This document shows positions 1 through 9,146 of a DNA stretch of 24,846 nt, in pieces; the first letter of the stretch is position 1; every line of letters begins with the position of its first letter. Origin of the DNA: a virus; UHGV virus genome UHGV-1599541. One strand, given 5' to 3'. A program made the translations under genes and the position numbers. The notes under the pieces are model-generated. The model was given only the letters and a program-made list of their open reading frames with translations, was not told the DNA's origin and did no database searches.

Positions 1-2973
1 ATCCGCCATAGCCTGACTGATTGCCAGTGCATTTTCCTGTTGTGGAGTTTTTGGCGCTGGGATAGCTGTCGGCGCGGTCCCCCTTCCCCGGGCACGTTCT
101 TCGAGGGTTCCCTGAACGACTTCCCGACGCATCCCCCGGCCATTCATGAATTTGTTGACCAGATCATTCATTCCCGTAAACTGACCGATCCGGTCGACCA
201 ATCCACCTTTTTCAAATGGATTTTCGCCAGGAGTAAACGCCAGACCTGTAGACTGATCGATAACAGCGTTATCAGGCAGTGGTCCCCTCACGCCATATTG
301 CGCCCCACCCTGTGTTCCTGCTCCAGGTGTATAGATTTCACCACCTAAATAGCGAGCACGATGAGTATTGACCTTGATCGCGTACTCACGGTTTTCTTTC
401 GATAAGTCACCTGTGCCTTCTTTCCACTTATTAATAGTGCCAAACCCAGCGTTATATGCAGTGATGGCCTCGTTCCAATCTCCCTTTGCTTGTTTCAAAT
501 AATTGCTCATGAGAAGAGCCGCAGCTTCTGCCGATTTTTCCGGATTAAAAGAATCTTCCCGGGATAACCCAGTTTCCTCACGAGCAACGCTCGTAAACTG
601 GAACATTCCGAGAGCGCCACCACTTAGCTTTCCATTTGGTGATCTTGTAAGCGTAGATTTTGCGTTAGGATCACCACCAGATTCAGTTGCAGCGATCGCG
701 TAAAGAGTACCTTCAGGCAGGCTATATTTATTCTCTAGTTCAGCAAAATACGGAGCCAACTTATCGAGATTTGCCTTACCTTCAGCGCCAAGGCTTCCGA
801 CTTTTACATCTAAGTTGCCATTGTTGTAGGTATCCGCAGCTTTCTGAATGTCATTCCTGGTGCCAGTGGTATTAAGCGACGATGATAACGAGCTATTTTG
901 ACCAATAGCTTTATCAATTTTCTGCAACGCGCTATTGCCCGTTTCTACGGCATTTGCATTGATAATCTGATTGGCAGTTTGTTTAACTGTTTTATTGCTA
1001 TCTTTCGCCGTATCTAGGGATGCATTTACAGCACGAGTGACAATATTAGCCTTTTTAGGGGTATATTCAGTCTTAGGAGCATTGTCCTCCTGACTTTCTT
1101 TGGCTGGTGTTTTTAATTCAGGTGTAACCTCTTTCGCATCCGCTTTGTTGACTAGCTTTGATGCAACCCAGGCCACAGGGGTGCTCTGAACGGCGGCATC
1201 TGCAACCTCACCTGAAAGCTCTTTTGCGGCACTCCATAGATTACTGCCAGCCTCTTTAATGTATTTCCCTGGGTTCTTAATGAAATCAATTGCACTATCA
1301 ATTGCATTACTGAAAACCTGTTTCAGGTTATCGACAGTAAAAAATTCTTTGATAGCATCCAGCTTTTCAAGCAGCTTATTAGATGTATCGCTAAACCATG
1401 CTGAAACAGCATCACCAATCTTTGCTGTGTAATCAGCAAACTTGGTAGAAATGGTTTCACCAAGGTTAGAAATATACGTTTCTAAACTGGTAATCCCACT
1501 ATCAATGGCCTGGGCAATACTTTCCGTCGAAAATGATTGCAACATATTGCCGATATCCTCAAATCCAAGTGATTTGAGAACGCCACCAATGGCACTGCTA
1601 ATACCAGATACCAGTCCTCCCATATCGAGAACGTTAGCCAGTGTATAAGCCGCTTTTTGCTGAAAAGATGGATCTTCCCCATCCTTAAGCCCAAAGGTCC
1701 GACGTTGTGCTTCTGTATCATTCCAACCGGTTACCGCATCATAGATACCTCCAGCCACTGTGCCGACTAGGGGAATTGCGCGTAACGCCCCTTTACCAAC
1801 TGCCTTTAATCCAAGTTTACCTGCTGCCCGGGCAACCAAATCTCCGCCTTCATGGGCGAGAGTCTTCTTGCCACCACCGCGTAGCATTCCTACAAGTTTC
1901 TTTGCCCCCAGAGCGCCAAAAGCGAGTGCTCCAGCTTTTTTCAGCATGCCACGCCCCATTAACAACGACGCGACGCCACCGGCTCCCTTCCCTAACAGGC
2001 TAAATAGTTTGGACAGCAAGCCGCCCTTCCTTTTCCCGGTGTTTTTGGCTATCTGATCAAGGGCGCTGAGAATCTTGTCATTGCCCTCTTTAATTTCGCT
2101 GGTCTGCTCCTGAAGTTCCTGAACCGTCCGTTTTTGGGTGTTAACCTGAACGACATCGGCACTATTTTGCGATTTACGCCTAAAAAAACCTTTTCTACGG
2201 CTGTTATCGTCATTGCCACGAATCACATCGGCAATAGACTTTCTGGCACCATTAAGCGATCCACCAACTTCTTTTGATATCCCGCCAAGCTCCTTCCCTG
2301 CAGCCCACAATGGACCAGCAACGGCATAACCTAACGCATCGACGGCACGAGTCTCTGAAGGGTTACCTATGCCTTCAGCTACTTTTGACAGTTTTTTTAA
2401 TAAACCTGATTCAGCATTTAGACGCTCATCATCCTCTTTGCGCCTGGCCTTTTCAGCACGTTCAGCACGGGCATCTTCCGCTGCGGCCTTACTCCCTGAC
2501 TTTCCAATAAAACGACCACGCGCATCGCGTTGGTTTTGGCTTTTTTGCGCACCGCCTTTTTGACCGAACATTTCGCGAGCGTGTTCGGCTGCTTCGGTCC
2601 GTTGCGCCTTTACATCTTCTGTTATAGCCTTCTTGCGTCGTTTTTTACCCTTTCGCGTAGTTGATTTGGCCTGCGGTTCCTGTAGAGCAACATCCTCCTG
2701 AACTACACGAGAAACGTCCCCTAAATTAAGCCGTTTCATTGCCTCAACAATAGGGTCCACTGATGGCGCATTGGCCACAAAGTCTGGCCGGGAATTTTCG
2801 ATTGCGCGATTTAATGCCGACACACTGCGAGAGACAGGATCAACAGTTGCAACGCGACCCCCTTTCAAATCTTCAACAGCTTCCCGGATACCTGCAAGCT
2901 CTTCCAGCTCTTTTGCGCTGGCGGTTTCAACTGTCCTTATAACATCGTCAATGTTGGCGTTTTTTCTTTCCAT
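1..2973 (-). CDS. sit: Tail injection/tape-measure-like protein with soluble lytic transglycosylase (SLT) domain; partial, ORF continues beyond window start
   Basis: Reverse-complement translation from ATG at 2973-2971 stays open to position 1 (about 991 codons, sampled in frame across the ORF). SLT motifs read in frame from about 420-720: LPEGTLYAIAATESGGDPNAKS, GALGMFQFTSVA, AITAYNAGFGTINKW. Absent from the ORF track because it has no stop inside the window. Confidence 0.8.
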   Translation of the reverse strand, partial: MERKNANIDDVIRTVETASAKELEELAGIREAVEDLKGGRVATVDPVSRSVSALNRAIENSRPDFVANAPSVDPIVEAMKRLNLGDVSRVVQEDVALQEPQAKSTTRKGKKRRKKAITEDVKAQRTEAAEHAREMFGQKGGAQKSQNQRDARGRFIGKSGSKAAAEDARAERAEKARRKEDDERLNAESGLLKKLSKVAEGIGNPSETRAVDALGYAVAGPLWAAGKELGGISKEVGGSLNGARKSIADVIRGNDDNSRRKGFFRRKSQNSADVVQVNTQKRTVQELQEQTSEIKEGNDKILSALDQIAKNTGKRKGGLLSKLFSLLGKGAGGVASLLMGRGMLKKAGALAFGALGAKKLVGMLRGGGKKTLAHEGGDLVARAAGKLGLKAVGKGALRAIPLVGTVAGGIYDAVTGWNDTEAQRRTFGLKDGEDPSFQQKAAYTLANVLDMGGLVSGISSAIGGVLKSLGFEDIGNMLQSFSTESIAQAIDSGITSLETYISNLGETISTKFADYTAKIGDAVSAWFSDTSNKLLEKLDAIKEFFTVDNLKQVFSNAIDSAIDFIKNPGKYIKEAGSNLWSAAKELSGEVADAAVQSTPVAWVASKLVNKADAKEVTPELKTPAKESQEDNAPKTEYTPKKANIVTRAVNASLDTAKDSNKTVKQTANQIINANAVETGNSALQKIDKAIGQNSSLSSSLNTTGTRNDIQKAADTYNNGNLDVKVGSLGAEGKANLDKLAPYFAELENKYSLPEGTLYAIAATESGGDPNAKSTLTRSPNGKLSGGALGMFQFTSVAREETGLSREDSFNPEKSAEAAALLMSNYLKQAKGDWNEAITAYNAGFGTINKWKEGTGDLSKENREYAIKVNTHRARYLGGEIYTPGAGTQGGAQYGVRGPLPDNAVIDQSTGLAFTPGENPFEKGGLVDRIGQFTGMNDLVNKFMNGRGMRREVVQGTLEERARGRGTAPTAIPAPKTPQQENALAISQAMAD

Positions 2974-3054
2974 GATCTTATCGCCTACCGTTTCGGTTTA
3001 AGTTTTTCTTCCAGTTTCTCCAACAGGAAAAACGCATAGGATTCAGTAAGCCTT

Positions 3055-3936
3055 TCAGCGTCCTGAATCGGTATACCCCCATACAAAACCAGGTTGGACA
3101 CTAAGGTCTGATAGCTTTTCAATCCCCACCTGTGGAATGAAGTCGGTAGCCCGAAAGGGCACCCACAGACGGGTATATGCACCCTCTGTGGACTCCTTTT
3201 TATCCTGATTTGGGCATTTATGCGGCGGGAGACGAAGACGCATTTCACCTTTATCGATGTAGCACGGTAAACCATGTTCGAGCTTTTCATGTGCCAGTCG
3301 GATGTGTGCCGCCAGCTTCATAAATTCAGTATCAATGGCCATCCGTTTAATCGTTTCATAACGACGCTCAGCCTGATCTTCACGAGTACCGCTAACATCG
3401 TTATAAAGCTCACACTGATAAGCGAATTCCCAAAAACGCAAATCAACGATCGCTTCTTTGAATTCCGCGTCGTCTTCAGGTGGCAATGCTGCACGGCGCA
3501 TCTCCAGCATTTCCATTGCCCAGCCATCAAGCGGCACGATACGCCATTGATAAGGGACTCCCTCTACAGACACCTCAATATCGTCAATGAACGGTTCCAC
3601 TTCCAGGACCTGGATATCTTCAGCCAGAGCATTCATATCGCAATCGTAATAATGCTCTTTACCGCAATGTTTACAGGTGTAGGTGAATGTCTCGACCGGT
3701 GTTTCACGGGAGCCGGTAAATATCCACCATAACGCGGTAATCCGGTCCTGCGCCGTCCATGTCAGGGGATCATGTTTCGCGGGTTCAGCCAGCAAGGCTT
3801 TTAAATACGCCGTTGTCTGTTGTTCTTGTTCCTCCGGTGTTATCGAGTTGAAACGCATCGCATCAGCAATATTTGGCTGACGGAACTGGATCAATTCAGT
3901 TGGCCGCGATGGTAGCGGGAAAAGAGGTAAAAGCAT
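3055..3936 (-). CDS. Hypothetical tail-module protein (293 aa) with Cys-rich motif CKHCGKEHYYDCD
   Basis: ORF track; strong SD (TTAAGGAGCAAGG) directly upstream of ATG at 3936; tightly packed between a tube-like gene and the sit-like gene on the same strand. Function not recognisable from sequence. Confidence 0.6.
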   Translation of the reverse strand: MLLPLFPLPSRPTELIQFRQPNIADAMRFNSITPEEQEQQTTAYLKALLAEPAKHDPLTWTAQDRITALWWIFTGSRETPVETFTYTCKHCGKEHYYDCDMNALAEDIQVLEVEPFIDDIEVSVEGVPYQWRIVPLDGWAMEMLEMRRAALPPEDDAEFKEAIVDLRFWEFAYQCELYNDVSGTREDQAERRYETIKRMAIDTEFMKLAAHIRLAHEKLEHGLPCYIDKGEMRLRLPPHKCPNQDKKESTEGAYTRLWVPFRATDFIPQVGIEKLSDLSVQPGFVWGYTDSGR

Positions 3937-3950
3937 CCTTGCTCCTTAAT

Positions 3951-4562
3951 TCAAAGAGAAAAGCTAAAGTCCAGAAGGGAAGCCAAAGAACTTGAGGATT
4001 GGTTAAACGTGCTGTGCAATGCGAAGGTCATTGGGAATGACTTAAATTCCGTAACCTGATCCCGCGCATAGGTGACATCGCCGGTAGTGACCGGAAATAC
4101 CGTCATCTCATTTTCCAGTTTGGTTAAGCCGGAAGACAGCAACCGATAAATACGCACATTGAGCAAATATTTAGACGGTATATTCCCGGTACCGTCCGGA
4201 TTGATCACCCGACTTTTTGCCGTCTTAAACCAGTCCAAAACGAGGCCATCAACGGTATCCCTGACCATCATTGTTATCTGCCCTGGCGAACGCTCCGTTG
4301 GTTGAAGGATATTCCCTCCGCCGATTTTAATCGTTTCATATTCGATGCTGTAATCGTGGTAGGTAATATCTTTGGCAAAGAAGTCTGCCCCCTCCAGTCC
4401 ATCAACTTCGACAGAGAACTGCCATCCTTGCGCGAACAGCATTTTGTTCATGATGATTGACGTCAGCTTACCAACTTCCCGTTCACCAACGCCGGAGCCA
4501 AATAATGTCGTCGTTAATGCCGAAGATACATAAGACTTTACTGAAGCAACATTAAACCCCAT
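3951..4562 (-). CDS. Putative tail tube-like structural protein (203 aa)
   Basis: ORF track; size and position immediately upstream of the tape-measure-like gene; SD GAGAGGG before ATG. Product is inferred from context and composition only. Confidence 0.45.
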   Translation of the reverse strand: MGFNVASVKSYVSSALTTTLFGSGVGEREVGKLTSIIMNKMLFAQGWQFSVEVDGLEGADFFAKDITYHDYSIEYETIKIGGGNILQPTERSPGQITMMVRDTVDGLVLDWFKTAKSRVINPDGTGNIPSKYLLNVRIYRLLSSGLTKLENEMTVFPVTTGDVTYARDQVTEFKSFPMTFALHSTFNQSSSSLASLLDFSFSL

Positions 4563-4572
4563 ATCAGCCCTC

Positions 4573-5163
<591 letters not shown>

Positions 5164-5219
5164 TTAACAGATTCTACGAGTTGTCATTTGTGACTGTATG
5201 CTCGCAATCGTAGTGATTA

Positions 5220-5759
5220 CTACCACCAACTGCTAGCTTTCTTCTCTCTGGCTTTTCCTTCGCTTTGCAGTAAATCTTTACTTCCTGTAGAAATATTTCT
5301 ATTTGCATCAGCCTCAGACTGAATTACATCTGTCTTAGCTGCTCTCTCCTTCAACTCCTGCTCTATAAAATCGTTTTCTCGCTGGACACGAGCCGCTTTT
5401 GCTTGCAGTTCGAGTTTCATGCTTTCGAGTTGCAGCTTGCGAAGCTCATCCTCATAAGCTTGATCTCGTTTCTTGTCATTTGCTAGCTCGGCTTCTCGTT
5501 TCGCTCTACGTTCATTTTCTGCAGCAACGCGCTGTTTTTCGCGTGCAGCAGCGGCAGATGCTGCTTTTTCTCTTCTAACACGTTCAGCTTGTGCTTGTTG
5601 GCGAATAAGTTCTTTTCTGGCATCCTCAGCTTGCTGCTCTTTAGCTCGCCCTTCATTTTCCGCTTGAGCAATAGCAGCAATTTGACTTTGCAACGAGTTA
5701 GCCAAGGCAGTGCCTGCACTAAACGTAGAAAAGATTAGAAATAAAATAATTTTATTCAT
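5220..5759 (-). CDS. Secreted charged coiled-coil protein (179 aa) with cleavable signal peptide; candidate superinfection-exclusion (Sim-like) factor
   Basis: N-terminus MNKIILFLIFSTFSAGTALA then NSLQ (Ala-x-Ala cleavage site); remainder is A/E/R/K/Q-rich with heptad-like charge pattern (e.g. QAQAERVRREKAASAAAAREKQRVAAENERRAKREAELA). 3-bp spacing to upstream lipoprotein gene. Confidence 0.6.
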   Translation of the reverse strand: MNKIILFLIFSTFSAGTALANSLQSQIAAIAQAENEGRAKEQQAEDARKELIRQQAQAERVRREKAASAAAAREKQRVAAENERRAKREAELANDKKRDQAYEDELRKLQLESMKLELQAKAARVQRENDFIEQELKERAAKTDVIQSEADANRNISTGSKDLLQSEGKAREKKASSWW

Positions 5760-5762
5760 AAA

Positions 5763-6284
5763 TTATTTCTTTTCTGGACAAGTAGCATTTGGCTGAATTC
5801 GGGTTTCATTATCTTTAGTTGAAATGAGCACAGCAAGCCCTGTTGTAAACTGGCATGCTTTACCAACCTGAGTAGAAGTAAACACCTTAGTGCCTTCTTT
5901 ATAAGTCAGTGAAACCCCCTCAACAATTGTTTTATCACTAACCAAAGAACCAGCTGCTGCACCAAGAGCTGCGCCACCAGTACCACCAGCTACAGCACCC
6001 AAAGTCGATGTACCTTTAACATTATAACCGGCGACCCCACCAGCAACAGCCCCCAGTACCGCACCAAATGTCTGTGCTGCTTCTTTATTAGCTTTATTGT
6101 CAACTTTTACTTTAGCTGGAAGCACAGAAATAATATTGACAGTCTTTGTTTCCTGCTTCGAATTCAATTGAGCGGTATCATAAACATCGGCTGCATAATC
6201 AGCACCGTTTGATTGGCAACCAGAAAGAAGGAATGCAGAAACAACCAGAGAGCACAAAACAGATTTTTTAGACATAAGAATCAT
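5763..6284 (-). CDS. SlyB/Pcp-like glycine-zipper outer-membrane lipoprotein (173 aa)
   Basis: Lipobox LLSGC after a hydrophobic leader; Gly/Ala zipper GAVLGAVAGGVAGYNVKGTSTLGAVAGGTGGAALGAAAGS; C-terminal GVSLTYKEG..VFTSTQVG resembles the SlyB C-terminus. Start may be Met4 (MSKKS...). Confidence 0.7.
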   Translation of the reverse strand: MILMSKKSVLCSLVVSAFLLSGCQSNGADYAADVYDTAQLNSKQETKTVNIISVLPAKVKVDNKANKEAAQTFGAVLGAVAGGVAGYNVKGTSTLGAVAGGTGGAALGAAAGSLVSDKTIVEGVSLTYKEGTKVFTSTQVGKACQFTTGLAVLISTKDNETRIQPNATCPEKK

Positions 6285-6566
6285 CCAAGAAAAACAAAAA
6301 ACGGCGAGAAGTTACCACGAGAACGGAAAGCAAACAAGAATACTCCTATTGACTTATATCAATTAATCAACTTTTTATAAGCTATCCCTAACTTATTGGG
6401 TATAGCTAAAGAGTCAGAGACAAGTTCACCACCTGCATTATTTCTTAAGTTAATAGTTTACTGCTAACTTAATTTATGTATCGACTATTGATATCCATCT
6501 TAAAGTTACAATATCCCTCTGTATTATTTTTAATCACAAATAATATTTTCTTTTGTATGAGATTTG

Positions 6567-6583
6567 CCTGCTCTAATAAATTT
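6567..6583 (+). promoter_or_regulatory. C1 repressor operator-like 17-mer (Op51-like) upstream of c4/icd/ant
   Basis: CCTGCTCTAATAAATTT matches the asymmetric P1 C1 operator consensus ATTGCTCTAATAAATTT at 15/17; near-identical copies at 8231-8247 and 22930-22946. Confidence 0.6.
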
Positions 6584-6769
6584 GTATTTTTAAGTCGAAA
6601 ATGCTATCTTTTCGCTTCATATTGACCTTTTAATCGTTCAGGCTTATAGTTCCGCCGTCGTAGCAAATTCTACGACCGGGTTTAGCAGCCTGAATACTCA
6701 TGCGGACAACCGCAGATATCCGATATTGCGGTATTTTTGTGTCCGTAAACCACGTTACGCCCAAATTAT

Positions 6770-6846
6770 GGTGGGGCGTGATGGGGAGGCTTCGGCCTGC
6801 TGGTTTCATGAGTACCAGTCTGCTAACCCCGTCACGTCCTGCCACC
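6770..6846 (+). ncRNA. c4: c4-type antisense repressor RNA (boundaries approximate)
   Basis: Stem 6800-6804/6814-6818 with 9-nt loop TTCATGAGT (6805-6813) complementary to ACTCATGAG at 6879-6887, which covers the icd SD. Adjacent CTGCTAA (6820-6826) is complementary to GTTTAGCAGC, present upstream (6680-6689) and downstream (6848-6857). No long ORF on this strand; a GGC-TTCG-GCC tetraloop hairpin lies at 6788-6797. Confidence 0.5.
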
Positions 6847-6896
6847 CGTTTAGCAGCGGGTAGCAGGTTGTTAATTCAACTCATGAGGCCGTAACT

Positions 6897-7118
6897 ATGG
6901 TTAATGCCAATCCTTGCGCACGCCCAGAATTCATCTGGCGTTTCTATTCCTGTAAAAAACACCACTATCACTTCGTTATCGCAGCAACTGAAGACGAAGC
7001 ACGCTCTCAATTGCCTGATGGCCCCTGCATTTTTACTGCCCGTTTTTCTACTAACTCGCGCAATTCACTTAGTTACTGGAACCTCCCCTTCTCTGCCGAC
7101 GCTCAGGAGGGTTTATGA
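6897..7118 (+). CDS. icd: Icd-like small protein (73 aa), translationally coupled to ant
   Basis: ORF track; SD GAGG 6885-6888; stop overlaps the ant ATG (ATGA at 7115-7118); position between c4 and ant matches the immI layout. Confidence 0.65.
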   Translation: MVNANPCARPEFIWRFYSCKKHHYHFVIAATEDEARSQLPDGPCIFTARFSTNSRNSLSYWNLPFSADAQEGL

Positions 7119-8152
7119 AAAAACCTCTCGTCACCCGGAATGAAATAGCCGAAGCGATCGCCCTGCATACTGCCTGTATGCCGACACGGGAGATCCCCGG
7201 CGCAATTGCCAACTATTTCATGATAACCAGACGTTTTTATACCCGAACAGATAAGGCTGTGATCAACAGGCTACTGATAGCCGAGATCAGGGATTATTTG
7301 ATTGAACAAGGACGTCTACGTTACGCAACGGTGGCAGCAGAAATGAGAAAGGAGGCACATAGAATGACCGGTAATAATTTAAATGTTGAAAAACCAGCAC
7401 CTGTTGCTTCAGCTACGCCAGCACCAGCCGTGAATATCATCCCCAACACCGGAGACACAATCGACAGCCTGACACTGTTAAAGATGGTCAATGAAGCGCG
7501 TAAGTTATGTGGGGAACCAGAGGTTCGGAACAACAAATTCATCGAAAAAATACTCGATGAGCTTGATGGTGAGCACTACACAAAAAGTGTAGTGGAAAAA
7601 ATGAACAAAACATCAATGCTTGTCATAACCATGACTTTCAAACAAGCCCTGCGAGTCGCCGCGCGCGAGTCAAAAGCGGTCCGCCGTTCGCTGATCGACA
7701 AACTGGAAGAATTACAGCAGGCAAACTCACCTACCCCATCGATCCCCCAGACATTACCAGAAGCCCTACGCCTGGCTGCCGAGTTAGCAGAACAGAAAAT
7801 GCAGTTGGAACAACAGCTGGTGGCCGCAGCCCCTAAAGTCGATTTTGCCGACCGGGTATCAGTGGCCAATGGAATCCTGATCGGGAACTTTGCAAAGGTC
7901 GTTGGACTTAAGCAAAACGCCCTTTTCTCATGGTTGCGCCAGAACGGCATTCTCATGGCTTTTGGTGCGCGCAAAAACGTACCGCGCCAACAGTACATCA
8001 ACGCCGGGTATTTCACGGTGAAAGAAGTGGTACTGGATGATGAAAATGGCTACCAGATACGGCTGACGCCCCAATTAACGGGTAAAGGCCAGCAGTGGTT
8101 AACTCGCAAGCTACTTGATGCTGGTTTGTTAAAACCAGTAGCAATAGGTTAA
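7115..8152 (+). CDS. ant: Antirepressor Ant1 (345 aa) with C-terminal KilA-C/ANT domain; nested in-frame Ant2 start at 7364
   Basis: SD CAGGAGGG before ATG 7115. Internal in-frame ATG at 7364 is preceded by AAAGGAGG (7348-7355). C-terminal 125 aa share about 65 percent identity with the KilA C-terminus. Confidence 0.8.
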   Translation: MKKPLVTRNEIAEAIALHTACMPTREIPGAIANYFMITRRFYTRTDKAVINRLLIAEIRDYLIEQGRLRYATVAAEMRKEAHRMTGNNLNVEKPAPVASATPAPAVNIIPNTGDTIDSLTLLKMVNEARKLCGEPEVRNNKFIEKILDELDGEHYTKSVVEKMNKTSMLVITMTFKQALRVAARESKAVRRSLIDKLEELQQANSPTPSIPQTLPEALRLAAELAEQKMQLEQQLVAAAPKVDFADRVSVANGILIGNFAKVVGLKQNALFSWLRQNGILMAFGARKNVPRQQYINAGYFTVKEVVLDDENGYQIRLTPQLTGKGQQWLTRKLLDAGLLKPVAIG

Positions 8153-8160
8153 CAAAAGAA

Positions 8161-8190
8161 AAAAACCTGCCAGCAAACTGGCAGGTTTCT
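8161..8190 (+). terminator. Rho-independent terminator after ant
   Basis: A-run, stem ACCTGCCAG / CTGGCAGGT with loop CAAA, then TTTCT. Confidence 0.6.
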
Positions 8191-8230
8191 GAGCAGATCG
8201 ACCAACCCGATCTGGATCGAGTTAGAAAAA

Positions 8231-8247
8231 TTTGCTCTAATAAATTT
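8231..8247 (+). promoter_or_regulatory. C1 operator-like 17-mer (Op53-like) upstream of kilA-repL
   Basis: TTTGCTCTAATAAATTT, 16/17 to the C1 operator consensus; about 70 bp upstream of the kilA ATG. Confidence 0.6.
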
Positions 8248-8316
8248 CGTTTTCTAAGTGCAAAGAATCACCATTTCGAGCTGGTGATTGAAGGTTGATG
8301 CAAATTTGGAGAAAAA

Positions 8317-9117
8317 ATGCAACAAACATTCAATGCGGATATGAATATATCAAACCTTCATCAAAATGTCGATCCTTCAACCACTCTGCCTGTTATTTGT
8401 GGTGTTGAAATTACGACCGACCGCGCTGGCCGTTACAACCTTAATGCTCTACACAGAGCGAGCGGACTCGGTGCCCATAAAGCGCCAGCTCAATGGCTAA
8501 GAACGCTGTCAGCCAAACAGCTCATCGAAGAGCTTGAAAAAGAAACTATGCAGAATTGCATAGTTTCGTTCGAAGGCCGTGGCGGCGGCACTTTTGCCCA
8601 TGAATTGCTCGCTGTGGAGTACGCAGGCTGGATTTCTCCCGCGTTTCGGCTGAAGGTAAACCAGACATTTATCGACTATCGAGCCGGAAGATTACAACCT
8701 GCTATTCTGCAGAGTCTCCCTGAAGCTCTCCGTTTGGCTGCCGACCTGGCAGAGCAAAAGCAACGGCTGGAGCAAAAAATGCTTATGGATGCACCTAAAG
8801 TCGAATTCGCCGAACGCGTTGCTACCGCCAGCGGGGTTCTGATCGGCAACTATGCCAAAGTGCTCGGCCTGGGCCAAAACTATCTCTTCACCTGGTTGCG
8901 TGATAACGGAATTCTGATCGCAACCGGTGAACGCAGGAACGTCCCCAAACAAGAATACATATCCCGTGGGTACTTCACCCTCAAAGAAACCGTGATCGAT
9001 ACAAGCAACGGAAGCAGGATTTCTTTCACGACTCGTATAACCGGCAAAGGTCAGCAGTGGCTAATGAAGCGATTGCTTGATGCTGGTGTGCTGGTACCTG
9101 TCGCAGCTACGCGCTAA
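8317..9117 (+). CDS. kilA: KilA (266 aa): KilA-N domain plus KilA-C/ANT domain
   Basis: ORF track; N-terminal VICGVEITTDRAGRYNLNALHRASGLG..KAPAQWLRT is KilA-N-like; C-terminal LPEALRLAADLAEQK...TGKGQQWLMKRLLDAGVL is paralogous to the Ant C-terminus. Confidence 0.8.
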   Translation: MQQTFNADMNISNLHQNVDPSTTLPVICGVEITTDRAGRYNLNALHRASGLGAHKAPAQWLRTLSAKQLIEELEKETMQNCIVSFEGRGGGTFAHELLAVEYAGWISPAFRLKVNQTFIDYRAGRLQPAILQSLPEALRLAADLAEQKQRLEQKMLMDAPKVEFAERVATASGVLIGNYAKVLGLGQNYLFTWLRDNGILIATGERRNVPKQEYISRGYFTLKETVIDTSNGSRISFTTRITGKGQQWLMKRLLDAGVLVPVAATR

Positions 9118-9146
9118 CAGACGTAGTAAGAACCACCAGCATTGTA

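Noticed and set aside
40-2563. Plus-strand ORFs of 60-102 aa inside the first 3 kb (40-348, 1707-2003, 1760-2056, 2274-2510, 2369-2563 and others)
   Set aside because: All fall within the continuous minus-strand transglycosylase/tape-measure ORF, which carries a clear SLT domain; they are low-complexity shadow frames.
6630-6894. Small ORFs (71 aa minus, 64 aa plus) in the c4 region
   Set aside because: The region shows structured-RNA features and antisense complementarity to the icd leader; there is no SD, so it is better explained as ncRNA.
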